A stretch of DNA of 64,000 bases, from the NCBI GenBank assembly GCA_041390625.1, contig JAWKPM010000006.1:69131-133130 (forward strand). Direction: 5' to 3'. Numbering within the stretch: position 1 is the first letter of the stretch; each line of letters begins with the position of its first letter. Shown here one piece after another: positions 18,739 through 27,215 of this stretch. The notes under the pieces are model-generated. The model saw only the letters and a list, made by a program, of their open reading frames with translations. It did not search any database and had not been told where the DNA came from. The DNA is from Dehalococcoidia bacterium. Lineage in GTDB: Bacteria; Chloroflexota; Dehalococcoidia; UBA2979. The position numbers and the translations under genes are program-made.

Positions 18739-19953
18739 ATGCCACACGTCGAGATTCGCCCGGCCACGCCCGAGGAGATGCCCGCCGTCGCGGAGCAGGG
18801 ATCGCGGCAGCTCGCGCTGCCGATCTCGATGTTCGACGGGGTCTCGCCGGAGTGGACGATGTGCGCCTTCGTCAACGGCGAGCTGGCGACGACGTACGCG
18901 TTCTGGCCGCTGCAGCTGCGGCTGAACGGGCGCGTGGCCTCGATGGCCGGGGTGACGCAGGTCTCGACGCACCCGGCGCACCGGCGTCGTGGCTACTTGC
19001 GGGCGGTGACGCGCCGCCACTTCGAGGAGAAGCACGAGCGGGGCGAGACGGCGATCGCGTGCCTGCACCCGGCGTGGGACGCGATCTACCGGCGCTACGG
19101 CTACGGGCTGGTGCACGAGCGCACCTCGTACCGCGTGGAGCCTCGACAGATCGCCTTCCATCACCCCCTCGAGCTTGCGGGCACGGTGCGGGAGGTCGAC
19201 CTCGATACGGAGTTCGGGCTGCTGGTCGACGTGTACCGGCGGTACCGCGAGGACCGGACGGGGCTGATCCATCGCGGGCGCGCGATGTGGGACGCGGGGC
19301 CGCTGCAGGACCCACCGGCGGGGCATCGACGGACGGTGCTCGCGTACGAGGAGGGCGGCGAGGCGCAGGGGTATGTGGTGTATCACCACGGGCCGGGCCT
19401 CGAGCGGTCCGGGCCGGAGGCGAACCAGTACCTGCGGGTGATGGACCTGTTCGGGCTGACGCCGGCGGCGCACCAGGCGCTGTGGTCGATCCTCGGGAAC
19501 TACGACAGCGTGGGCGAGATCCGCTGGGACAACGCGCCGGCGGACGACCCGCTGCCGCACATGCTGGTGGAGCCTCGGATGCTGCAGGCGTCGACGCGCG
19601 GGGGGATCATGGCGCGCCTGGTGACGGTGGAGGCGGCGCTGACGCAGCGCGGCTACGACCGCGCGGGCGAGCTGCGCTTCGAGCTGGTGGATCCGTTCTG
19701 CGAGTGGAACGCGGGGCGCTGGTGCCTCGAGGCCTCTCCCGAGGGCGCCTCGATGCGGCGCATCGACGGGGAGGCGGTCGACCTGCGGCTGACGGCGGAC
19801 ACGCTCGCCTCGATGGCGGTCGGGTTCCTGCCGGCGTCGCGTGCCTCGGCGGCCGGGCTGCTCGAGGACGTGGCGAACGCGAGCGTCCTCGAGCGGTGGG
19901 ACTCGACGCTGCGGACGTTGCACCCGCCGCACGAGGCGGAGCACACGTGGTGA
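18739..19953 (+). CDS. Eis-like GNAT acetyltransferase with a C-terminal SCP2-like domain
   Basis: 404 aa. N-terminal GNAT with HRRRGYLRAV. The fusion architecture matches the enhanced-intracellular-survival family. Confidence 0.75.
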   Translation: MPHVEIRPATPEEMPAVAEQGSRQLALPISMFDGVSPEWTMCAFVNGELATTYAFWPLQLRLNGRVASMAGVTQVSTHPAHRRRGYLRAVTRRHFEEKHERGETAIACLHPAWDAIYRRYGYGLVHERTSYRVEPRQIAFHHPLELAGTVREVDLDTEFGLLVDVYRRYREDRTGLIHRGRAMWDAGPLQDPPAGHRRTVLAYEEGGEAQGYVVYHHGPGLERSGPEANQYLRVMDLFGLTPAAHQALWSILGNYDSVGEIRWDNAPADDPLPHMLVEPRMLQASTRGGIMARLVTVEAALTQRGYDRAGELRFELVDPFCEWNAGRWCLEASPEGASMRRIDGEAVDLRLTADTLASMAVGFLPASRASAAGLLEDVANASVLERWDSTLRTLHPPHEAEHTW

Positions 19954-20018
19954 GGCCGCGGGCGGTGGTGTCCTCGGTCGCGCGCGGGCCTCGCCGCCTC
20001 GTATGCTCTTGGGGCACG

Positions 20019-20094
20019 CGCCGGTAGCTCAGCGGATAGAGCATCAGTCTTCGGAACTGAGGGTCGGGGGTTCGAATCCCTCCCGGCGCGCCAC
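20019..20094 (+). tRNA. tRNA-Arg, anticodon TCG
   Basis: 7-bp acceptor stem gcgccgg/ccggcgc. D-stem gctc/gagc. Anticodon stem tcagt/actga with loop ctTCGga. T-arm ggggg-ttcgaat-ccctc. Discriminator G. CCA is encoded. Confidence 0.85.
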
Positions 20095-20234
20095 CTTTCG
20101 AACTCCCCGCGCGCCTTGAGCACCAGACAGCTACGCGGGCAGTCGAAGGCACCCTCAAGAGCGGTCGAGCGCTTGCCGACGCTCTACCCGACCGAGTCAG
20201 ACGCGGCGGATCCCATCGGCGGAGGTGTGCGCCC

Positions 20235-21479
20235 GTGCCCCAGTGGCGCGACAGGCTCCTAATGCTGGCGGTCACCGCCTTGGGCATCGTGCTCTCGCCG
20301 ATGGCCTGCAGCGATACGCCCACTGAGCAGCGCACGAGGGAAGCCGTTGTCTCCAGCGGCGGGGATTCTCCGCTGCCCTCGGTCACTTCGGCGGCGACTG
20401 CTGTCACGACGAGAACGGTCGCACCTACTCCCCAGCGGCCGGAGCCTCCGCAGGCCGACGGCACGTTGGCTGATGCGATTGTCGCATTGGCGTCGGCGTG
20501 GACGGGGCTCGATGACGAGGCGTTTGAGGTTGCCTCCGTCGAGGAGTTCGATGCGGACGATTCGTGCCTCGGAGCGGAGGCGCTGTGGCTCTCGTGTGTC
20601 GCGGGTACTTCCGTTGCCATTCGCGTCAGGGTTCGAGCCGGTGGCGTCGTGGAATATCAGTTCCACCTCGACGAGGGCGGTTCGACCGCCGTCTGGGTCC
20701 CTGGGGCGACGATCGAGGGCCGCGTGGAAGACGTCTCAGACGACGGGCTTGTCAGGCTGTCTGGGAGTGGCGATGTGTTCGCCAAGACCATCGAGCCCGG
20801 GTTCATTCAAGGTCAGATCGTACCTGGCACCGTGATTCCCGATGGATCGGCGCTCACCCCGGGCACGTTGGTGACGGCGGGAATCGCGGGAAAACCCAAC
20901 TCGGATGTGACGCTACTCGTGGGAATCGTAGCGACACCGCCCTCTCGGCCTGTACCGCTCCACGATCGAGGTACGCGAACGGGAATCGACAGCGTGGACG
21001 AGGTGATTGACGCCGTCCTCTCGGGCGACATCGATGCGCTCGTTGACCGCGCCTCGATGATCAATGCCCCGTGCGTCAGCGACGTTGTGAGTGAAGAAGA
21101 GATGCACCTTCCGCGCTGCGGTGCGAGCGAGAGCATCGGCTCTCGGCACGAGGTTTTCCCATATGGGCACTGCGATGGTCACCTCATTAGCGACCCACGA
21201 GCGCTGCTGACGGATGCTGTGCGGGAGATCGAAGGTCTGTACGCAGTGGTTCGTATTGACCAAGAAGACGGTCTGGACCCGCTCAAGAATTTCGTCGATG
21301 GCGATGTGCGCGTGGTGTTCGCCTCATCTCCGAGCGCGCCGACACGCACTGCGCGGGGCTATGCGTTCGGCCTCAGCGAGGATGGGGCGATCGTGTCCGC
21401 CCGATGGGGTTGTCACACCCCAGAATCTCTGGCCTCCGGACCGGGGGTGGCCGAGCCGATACTCGCGCCTTTGCGCTGA
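20235..21479 (+). CDS. Putative lipoprotein, hypothetical
   Basis: Signal peptide with lipobox LSPMAC-S. 414 aa. The gene has visibly lower GC than its surroundings. Confidence 0.55.
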   Translation: MPQWRDRLLMLAVTALGIVLSPMACSDTPTEQRTREAVVSSGGDSPLPSVTSAATAVTTRTVAPTPQRPEPPQADGTLADAIVALASAWTGLDDEAFEVASVEEFDADDSCLGAEALWLSCVAGTSVAIRVRVRAGGVVEYQFHLDEGGSTAVWVPGATIEGRVEDVSDDGLVRLSGSGDVFAKTIEPGFIQGQIVPGTVIPDGSALTPGTLVTAGIAGKPNSDVTLLVGIVATPPSRPVPLHDRGTRTGIDSVDEVIDAVLSGDIDALVDRASMINAPCVSDVVSEEEMHLPRCGASESIGSRHEVFPYGHCDGHLISDPRALLTDAVREIEGLYAVVRIDQEDGLDPLKNFVDGDVRVVFASSPSAPTRTARGYAFGLSEDGAIVSARWGCHTPESLASGPGVAEPILAPLR

Positions 21480-21600
21480 CGGCAGAGGCGCGAGTGCGGC
21501 TGCTCCATCCGCACCGGCCCTCAACCCACGCGAAGATCTTTGGCCAGCGACTTCGAGGGCGCGCCAGCTTCTCGCTTCGAACACCTTCTTGTCGTGGTTG

Positions 21601-22380
21601 TCAGTCGCCGGGGTCGAACTCGGGGGGGAGTGTGGTGGGGCCGGGCGGGGACTCCATCAGGGCCCGGACGCGGTCCCACGAGGGGGTCCGGACTCGGCGG
21701 CCGCCGAGCCAGCGGGAGACCCGGAATGAGCCGTTGAAGGTGGACTTCGAGCCGGGGGTCTGGCGGAACGAGGCGCGCAGCGACGCGGCGTTGTGCGGCC
21801 GGATGACGCCGGTGGAGCAGGTGACGCCTCGACGGCGGAGCTCCTGGAAGAGGTAGCGCCGGGTGCGGCCGTGGATGTTCTTGCCTCGGAAGCTCGGTGC
21901 GACCTCGACTTCGTAGACGACGCTGAAGTTCGAGGCGAGCGGGCCGCCGAAGTGGTACTCCGGCATCTCGAAGTAGCCCTGCTCGATGGTGCGGAAGCCG
22001 ATGATCTGGTGCGTGCCGTCTTCTTGCGTGTAGTCGAAGAAGAGCACGCAGCGACTTCTGCCCGGCTTTGTGATGAAACGGACCAAGTAGTCGTAGTCGA
22101 GGGCGGGATGGAGGTCGCCTCTACGCTGCGCGAGCGCCTCGACGGTCTCGACGATCTCGCCTCGGACGGTCTCGGGGCCTTCCTCTGCGCCCTCTTCGAT
22201 GGCGTCGTAGTCGACGTAGAGGTTCTGGATGATGAGGGTCTGCGAGGCGTAGAGGGGTGAGGCGAGCCTCGTGATCGCGCGGCGCAGCGCGGTGCGGGTG
22301 CCGGTACTGACGACGAGGTAGCGCAGCCGGCGGGCGGAGCGCCCCAGCGTCGATGTCATGCGTTCGAGATCCGAGCTCAC
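21601..22380 (-). CDS. Hypothetical protein, possibly an acyl-CoA N-acyltransferase fold
   Basis: 259 aa. A weak GNAT-like motif (FRGKNIHGRTRRYLFQELRRRG). It lies inside the lower-GC patch downstream of the tRNA-Arg. Confidence 0.45.
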   Translation of the reverse strand: MSSDLERMTSTLGRSARRLRYLVVSTGTRTALRRAITRLASPLYASQTLIIQNLYVDYDAIEEGAEEGPETVRGEIVETVEALAQRRGDLHPALDYDYLVRFITKPGRSRCVLFFDYTQEDGTHQIIGFRTIEQGYFEMPEYHFGGPLASNFSVVYEVEVAPSFRGKNIHGRTRRYLFQELRRRGVTCSTGVIRPHNAASLRASFRQTPGSKSTFNGSFRVSRWLGGRRVRTPSWDRVRALMESPPGPTTLPPEFDPGD

Positions 22381-22478
22381 CTCGACCTGCCCGTCTGCTG
22401 CGGCGACATCGTACGCGAGACGGTCACGGGCCTCGGTGGTCGTCCCCGCCTCGGACGGCTTCGGCGTACATTGGCGGC

Positions 22479-23180
22479 ATGGAGCCCCTCGACAATCCCG
22501 CGTGGTACGCGCTCGGCAGCCGGCAGGCGGACGTTGCGCTCGGTGACGAGCGGGCGCGCCGGTATCGCGTCGACATCGACCCGATCGCGGGTGTGCCGGA
22601 CGAGCCGGGGCCGGAGGCGTGGGCGGCGCTGGCGGCGCTACACGGGTCGGACGGGCCGCTGATCCTGCTGCGGCGGCACACCGAACTGCCCTCGACGTTC
22701 GAGGTGCGGTTCAGCGGGCGGGTGCACCAGATGGTGGCTCGGACGCCGATCGCGCGGCCGGCGGGTGCGACGTTCCTCGAGCTAACGGCATCGGACGACG
22801 AGGAGATGCTGGCGCTGGCGCGGGAGACGAATCCGGGGCCGTTCGCGATCCACACGCGTGAACTCGGTGAGTACATCGGCTTGCGGGACGAGGGCCGGCG
22901 CCTCGTGGCGATGGCGGGGCAGCGGATGCGGCTGCCGGGGTACACCGAGGTGAGTGCCGTCTGCACGCTGCCGGACCAGCGGGGCCGCGGCCTGGCGGCG
23001 GCGCTCACGGCGGAGATCTCCGCGCGCATCTTCGAGGCGGGGGACGTGCCGTTCCTGCACGTCCTCGAGACGAACGAGGGGGCGCGGCGCATCTACGAGC
23101 GGATGGGCTTCGAGACGCGTGCCGTCCTCGATGCGCTCTTCATCCGACCGGTTCGGGAGGGCAGCGACGGAGGCGCGTAG
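22479..23180 (+). CDS. GNAT-family N-acetyltransferase
   Basis: 233 aa from ATG 22479. QRGRGLAAALTAEI motif and a C-terminal YERMGF. Confidence 0.75.
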   Translation: MEPLDNPAWYALGSRQADVALGDERARRYRVDIDPIAGVPDEPGPEAWAALAALHGSDGPLILLRRHTELPSTFEVRFSGRVHQMVARTPIARPAGATFLELTASDDEEMLALARETNPGPFAIHTRELGEYIGLRDEGRRLVAMAGQRMRLPGYTEVSAVCTLPDQRGRGLAAALTAEISARIFEAGDVPFLHVLETNEGARRIYERMGFETRAVLDALFIRPVREGSDGGA

Positions 23181-23264
23181 CCGCTGAGGCGGTTGTGCAG
23201 AACTGGCGTTCTGTACGCTATACTCCGCGCGTCTCGCCGTCCCTCGCGACCACCGGCCTACGCC

Positions 23265-24284
23265 ATGACCGTCCGCCTGCTGCCCTGGGCGCCCGAATAC
23301 GGCACATCGATGCAGTTCGATGCGGACGAGGGCGCGCGTGGCGAGGGATCCCCACGCGTCGACGTCGACACCACGGTCGAACAGGCCTCGTGGGCGGCGG
23401 TGCGGGCCTCGGGTGAGGCGCCCTCGACGGTCCAGGTCGTCGACGGGGTGCGTCGCGCGGAGGCGCACGCGCTGGAGGACGGGCCGGGCGGCGAGCCGCT
23501 GTTCGGGCTGTTCGGGTCGTATGCCGTCGGGGCGGTGCGCCTCGAGGGCGGACGGGCGCGCATCCTCGAGGACGCGGTGCGCGTCGAGCGGCGCTACTTC
23601 CAGGCCGGCGGCGAGCCCTCGGATCGGGTCTTCAACGTCGGCGGGCACGCGATGAGCTTTCGCGCCGAGGTGCGGCCCGAGGCAACGACGGCGAACGGCC
23701 TCGTGGACGCGCTCAACCGCGCGATGCTCGACGAGGAATCGAAGCTGGCGGAGTCGCTCTCGCGCGACGAGAGCGCGCTGACGCTCGTTGATGGACCGCT
23801 GAGGAGCCTGCGCTCGCCCGGCCGTCGGGCCGTCGGCTACGTGAAGCGGGTCGTGCACTGGTACGTCTCACCGGAAGCGCAGCGGCTGCTGCCGCGCCTC
23901 GAGGTGGGCGAGCGGACGCCGCTGTTTCGCCTCGACGACGCGGCCGACCTCGGCCGGCCCGGACGCACGAGCTGGTTCCTGCGCATCGCGGATCTCGGGG
24001 CGAGCTGGCATCCCCTCGGCGGGATCATGCGCCTCGAGGTGCCGGGCGGGCTGCCGATCGCGGAGGCCGTTGCGCTCGCGGACCAAAGCGCGATCGTGCT
24101 CCCTCGACTGGCGTCCTCGCCGCATCGGGACCCGCGCGCGCCGCAGAACCTGACGCCGGTGGGCGCGCTCGAGGAGGCGCTGACGCACCGCCTCGGTGAC
24201 CGGCTGTGGGTGCGTCGGTTGATCACCGCGCACGTCGCGGAGGCGGAGCGCGCCTCGTGGGCGCTGCCGGGAGCGGTGCGATGA
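23265..24284 (+). CDS. nurA: NurA-like 5'-3' nuclease
   Basis: About 340 aa. LTLVDGPLRSL resembles the NurA catalytic D-G-S/P motif. The stop overlaps the start of the downstream HerA-like ATPase (ATGA), the canonical NurA-HerA pairing. TTG 23193 is an alternative start. Confidence 0.6.
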   Translation: MTVRLLPWAPEYGTSMQFDADEGARGEGSPRVDVDTTVEQASWAAVRASGEAPSTVQVVDGVRRAEAHALEDGPGGEPLFGLFGSYAVGAVRLEGGRARILEDAVRVERRYFQAGGEPSDRVFNVGGHAMSFRAEVRPEATTANGLVDALNRAMLDEESKLAESLSRDESALTLVDGPLRSLRSPGRRAVGYVKRVVHWYVSPEAQRLLPRLEVGERTPLFRLDDAADLGRPGRTSWFLRIADLGASWHPLGGIMRLEVPGGLPIAEAVALADQSAIVLPRLASSPHRDPRAPQNLTPVGALEEALTHRLGDRLWVRRLITAHVAEAERASWALPGAVR

Positions 24285-26017
24285 CCGAGGGAACGCCGAA
24301 CGGCCTCGAAGCGTTCGCCGCGGCGCTGCCGCCCTCCCTCGAGGGTGAGGCAACCGGCTGGGTGCTGGGGACGCCACAGAACGCGGCGACGCCCCTCGAC
24401 TTCTGGGTGTACGTCGACCCGCAGCACTACCTCCAGCTCGACGACGTCGTGCACGTGCGCTCGTCATTGCCGGACGGCCGGGACGTCGACGTCTACGGCG
24501 TGGTGGACGAGGTGCGGGCGACGCACGAGGGCGTGCGCTTCGAGTCGGACGTCGTGCTGGCGACGGCGGGCACGCTGCCGGTCGAGACCTCGGTCGCGGC
24601 GCACGTCTCGGTGACACGCGTCGAGCCGGAGATCTTCGTGCCGCCGATGCCCGGGCGGGCGGTGTCGCGGGCGCACGGCGCGGCGCGCGAGGAGGCGCTA
24701 TTCTTCGACCGCATGCCGGTGCGCATTCCCCTCGGCCTCTCGCGGTCGGGGGAGTCCGTGTTCGGGAACTTCGACTTCCTGAACGGCACACGCGGCGCGC
24801 ACGTGAACATCAGCGGCATCTCGGGCGTCGCGACGAAGACCTCGTACGCGATGTTCCTGCTGTACGGGCTGCTCGAGGGCGGGGCGCTGGGGGCGGAGGC
24901 GCACACGGCGCGGTCGCTCATCTTCAACGTGAAGGGCGAGGACCTGCTGTTCCTCGATCAGCCGAACGCGGGCCTCGATGGCGACGACCGGGCGCGGTAC
25001 GAGGCGCTCGACCTGCCGGCGCGGCCGTTCCAGTCGGTGGCGTTCTTCGCGCCGGTGAAGCGCGGCAACGAGACCGTGCCGGACACCGGATCGCGGATGG
25101 ACGGGGTGACCGGCTTCTACTGGACGCTGCGCGAGTTCTGCGCCGAAGGCTACCTGCGCTTCCTCTTCACCGACGCCGACGACGACCGATCGCAGCTGGG
25201 CTACATCGTCGACCTCGTGACGCGGCAGCTGCAGATCGTCGCGCGGCTCTCGCCGGCGGACCGCCCGACCGTGCAGATCGCGGGTTCGACGGTCGCGACG
25301 TTCGACGAGCTGGTGGACGCGATCGAGGAGATGACCGACCCGGATGCGGGCGGGACGTGGGCGAGCCGCGCGGCGGCCGGCACCGTGCACGCCTTCCTGC
25401 GCCGCCTCGAGGCCTCGGCGGCGCACGTCGGACACCTCATTCGCGGGAACGCGCCGGGGCACGACGCGCCGCATCGCGTCGACTGGACGCGCACGCAGGT
25501 GACGGTGGTGGACCTCAACCGCCTCCACGATCGCGCCCAGCGCTTCGTCGTCGGCGTGGTGCTGAAGCGGATGTTCGAGGACCGGCTGGCGAGCGGGCAC
25601 AACCGGCCGCTGACGTTCGTCGTCCTCGATGAGCTGAACAAATACGCGCCACGCGAGGGCTCGAGCCCGATCAAGGACGTGCTGCTCGACATCGCCGAGC
25701 GCGGTCGATCCCTCGGGGTGGTGCTGATCGGGGCGCAGCAGACGGCCTCGGAGGTCGAGCCTCGGGTGGTGGCGAACTGCTCGTATCGGGTCGTGGGGCG
25801 CCTCGATGCTGCCGAGGCACAGCGCGGGGAGTACCGCTTCCTCACGCAGGCGGCGCGTGCGCGGGCGAGCCTGCTCAAGCCGGGGAGCCTGATCCTCCAG
25901 CAGCCCGACATCCCGGTGCCGCTGCTCGTGCAATTCCCGCGGCCGGCGTGGGCGACCCGGCCCTCCGAGGTCCCGGAGCGCGCAGACAGCGACGTTTTCG
26001 CGGCGTTCGGCGAGTAG
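24281..26017 (+). CDS. herA: HerA-like FtsK/HerA-clade ATPase (DUF87-type)
   Basis: 578 aa. Walker B VVLDELNKY. C-terminal RGRSLGVVLIGAQQTASEV, a HerA-type arginine-finger region. The Walker A region is degenerate (ISGISGVATKTS). Confidence 0.65.
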   Translation: MTEGTPNGLEAFAAALPPSLEGEATGWVLGTPQNAATPLDFWVYVDPQHYLQLDDVVHVRSSLPDGRDVDVYGVVDEVRATHEGVRFESDVVLATAGTLPVETSVAAHVSVTRVEPEIFVPPMPGRAVSRAHGAAREEALFFDRMPVRIPLGLSRSGESVFGNFDFLNGTRGAHVNISGISGVATKTSYAMFLLYGLLEGGALGAEAHTARSLIFNVKGEDLLFLDQPNAGLDGDDRARYEALDLPARPFQSVAFFAPVKRGNETVPDTGSRMDGVTGFYWTLREFCAEGYLRFLFTDADDDRSQLGYIVDLVTRQLQIVARLSPADRPTVQIAGSTVATFDELVDAIEEMTDPDAGGTWASRAAAGTVHAFLRRLEASAAHVGHLIRGNAPGHDAPHRVDWTRTQVTVVDLNRLHDRAQRFVVGVVLKRMFEDRLASGHNRPLTFVVLDELNKYAPREGSSPIKDVLLDIAERGRSLGVVLIGAQQTASEVEPRVVANCSYRVVGRLDAAEAQRGEYRFLTQAARARASLLKPGSLILQQPDIPVPLLVQFPRPAWATRPSEVPERADSDVFAAFGE

Positions 26018-26027
26018 GAGGCCACCG

Positions 26028-27215
26028 ATGCGCTTCCTGCATACGGCCGACTGGCACCTCGGTCGCACGATTCGCGGGCGGAGCCGCCAGGCGGAGTTCG
26101 AGACGGTGCTGGCGGAGGTCGTGGCGATCGCGCGTTCGGAGCAGGTCGAGGCGGTGCTCGTCTGCGGCGACATCTACGACACGACGACGCCGTCGCCGGA
26201 CTCCGAGCGGCTGCTATACGAGACGCTGCGCGAGCTGATCGGCCTCGACGTGCAGGTGCTGCTGCTGGCGGGGAACCACGACAACCCTCGACGGCTCGAT
26301 GCGCTGGGGCGGCTGTCTGACCTCCTCGGGGTGCACGTGCGCTGGATGCCGCGGCCGGCGGACCAGGGCGGGGTCGTGCACCTCGTGGGGCGGGAGCATG
26401 AGGCGCGGATCGCCGCCGTACCGTGGATCGCGGAGGGGCGGCTCGTCGACGCCGAAGCGCTGTTCGGCCTCGATCGTGACGCGCGCATCGCGGGCTACGC
26501 CGACAGCGCGGCCGCGATCCTGAAGGCGGTGTGTCGCGGCTTCGAGCCGGACACGGTCAACCTCCTCGCGGCGCACATCTTCATCGATGGAGCGCAGCTC
26601 GCGGCCCTCGATGGGTCGGAGCGGCTGCTGCACGTTGGGCAGACGTACGGCATCAACCCGGCCGCGCTGCCCGCGACGCCGCAGTACATGGCACTCGGCC
26701 ACATCCACCAGCCGCAGGAGGTGCGGTCGGCGCCGGCGCCTGCGGCGTACTCGGGATCGCTGTTGCAGCTCGACTTCGGTGAGCGGGGGCAGCAGAAGGT
26801 CGTGCGGATCATCGATGCCGTGCCGGGGCGGCCCGTCGAGCAGCGGGCCGTGCCGCTGACCTCGGGGCGCCCGCTCGTCGAGCTGCGCGGATCGTTCGAC
26901 GAGGTGCTGCGCGAGGCGGGGGACGTCGGTGACGCCCACCTGCGCGTGGTCCTCGATGTGGAGCGGCCGGAGCCGGGGATGGCGCAGCGGTTGCGGGACG
27001 CGGTCGCGGGCGTCGTCGATGTGAGGCTGCAGTACGAGCGCACGGACCTCGATGAGCCGACGCCGGACCTCGCGCAGCTCGCGCCGACGGACCTCTTCGC
27101 GCGCTACTACCGCACGCAGCACGGGGCGGAGCCGGCGCCGGAGTTGCTGGCGCTGTTCAGCGAGCTGTTCGAGGCCGAGTCCTCGATCGAAGCGGGCGTC
27201 GAGGTGGGCTCGTGA
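26028..27215 (+). CDS. sbcD: SbcD/Mre11 nuclease
   Basis: AGGAGG RBS. Phosphoesterase motifs TADWHLG, VCGDIYD and AGNHD. Confidence 0.9.
   Translation: MRFLHTADWHLGRTIRGRSRQAEFETVLAEVVAIARSEQVEAVLVCGDIYDTTTPSPDSERLLYETLRELIGLDVQVLLLAGNHDNPRRLDALGRLSDLLGVHVRWMPRPADQGGVVHLVGREHEARIAAVPWIAEGRLVDAEALFGLDRDARIAGYADSAAAILKAVCRGFEPDTVNLLAAHIFIDGAQLAALDGSERLLHVGQTYGINPAALPATPQYMALGHIHQPQEVRSAPAPAAYSGSLLQLDFGERGQQKVVRIIDAVPGRPVEQRAVPLTSGRPLVELRGSFDEVLREAGDVGDAHLRVVLDVERPEPGMAQRLRDAVAGVVDVRLQYERTDLDEPTPDLAQLAPTDLFARYYRTQHGAEPAPELLALFSELFEAESSIEAGVEVGS

Noticed and set aside
23181-23264. Promoter-like TTGTGC ... TATACT upstream of nurA
   Set aside because: The -10 TATACT (23219-23224) is good, but the spacing to the only TTG-containing hexamer is 20 nt. 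Cannot be supported without 5' end mapping.
24281-26017. Whether the HerA-like protein is instead a VirB4/TraG-type conjugative ATPase
   Set aside because: No relaxase, pilin or other T4SS genes are nearby. It is ATGA-coupled to a NurA-like gene and followed by sbcDC. HerA is the parsimonious call despite the degenerate Walker A.
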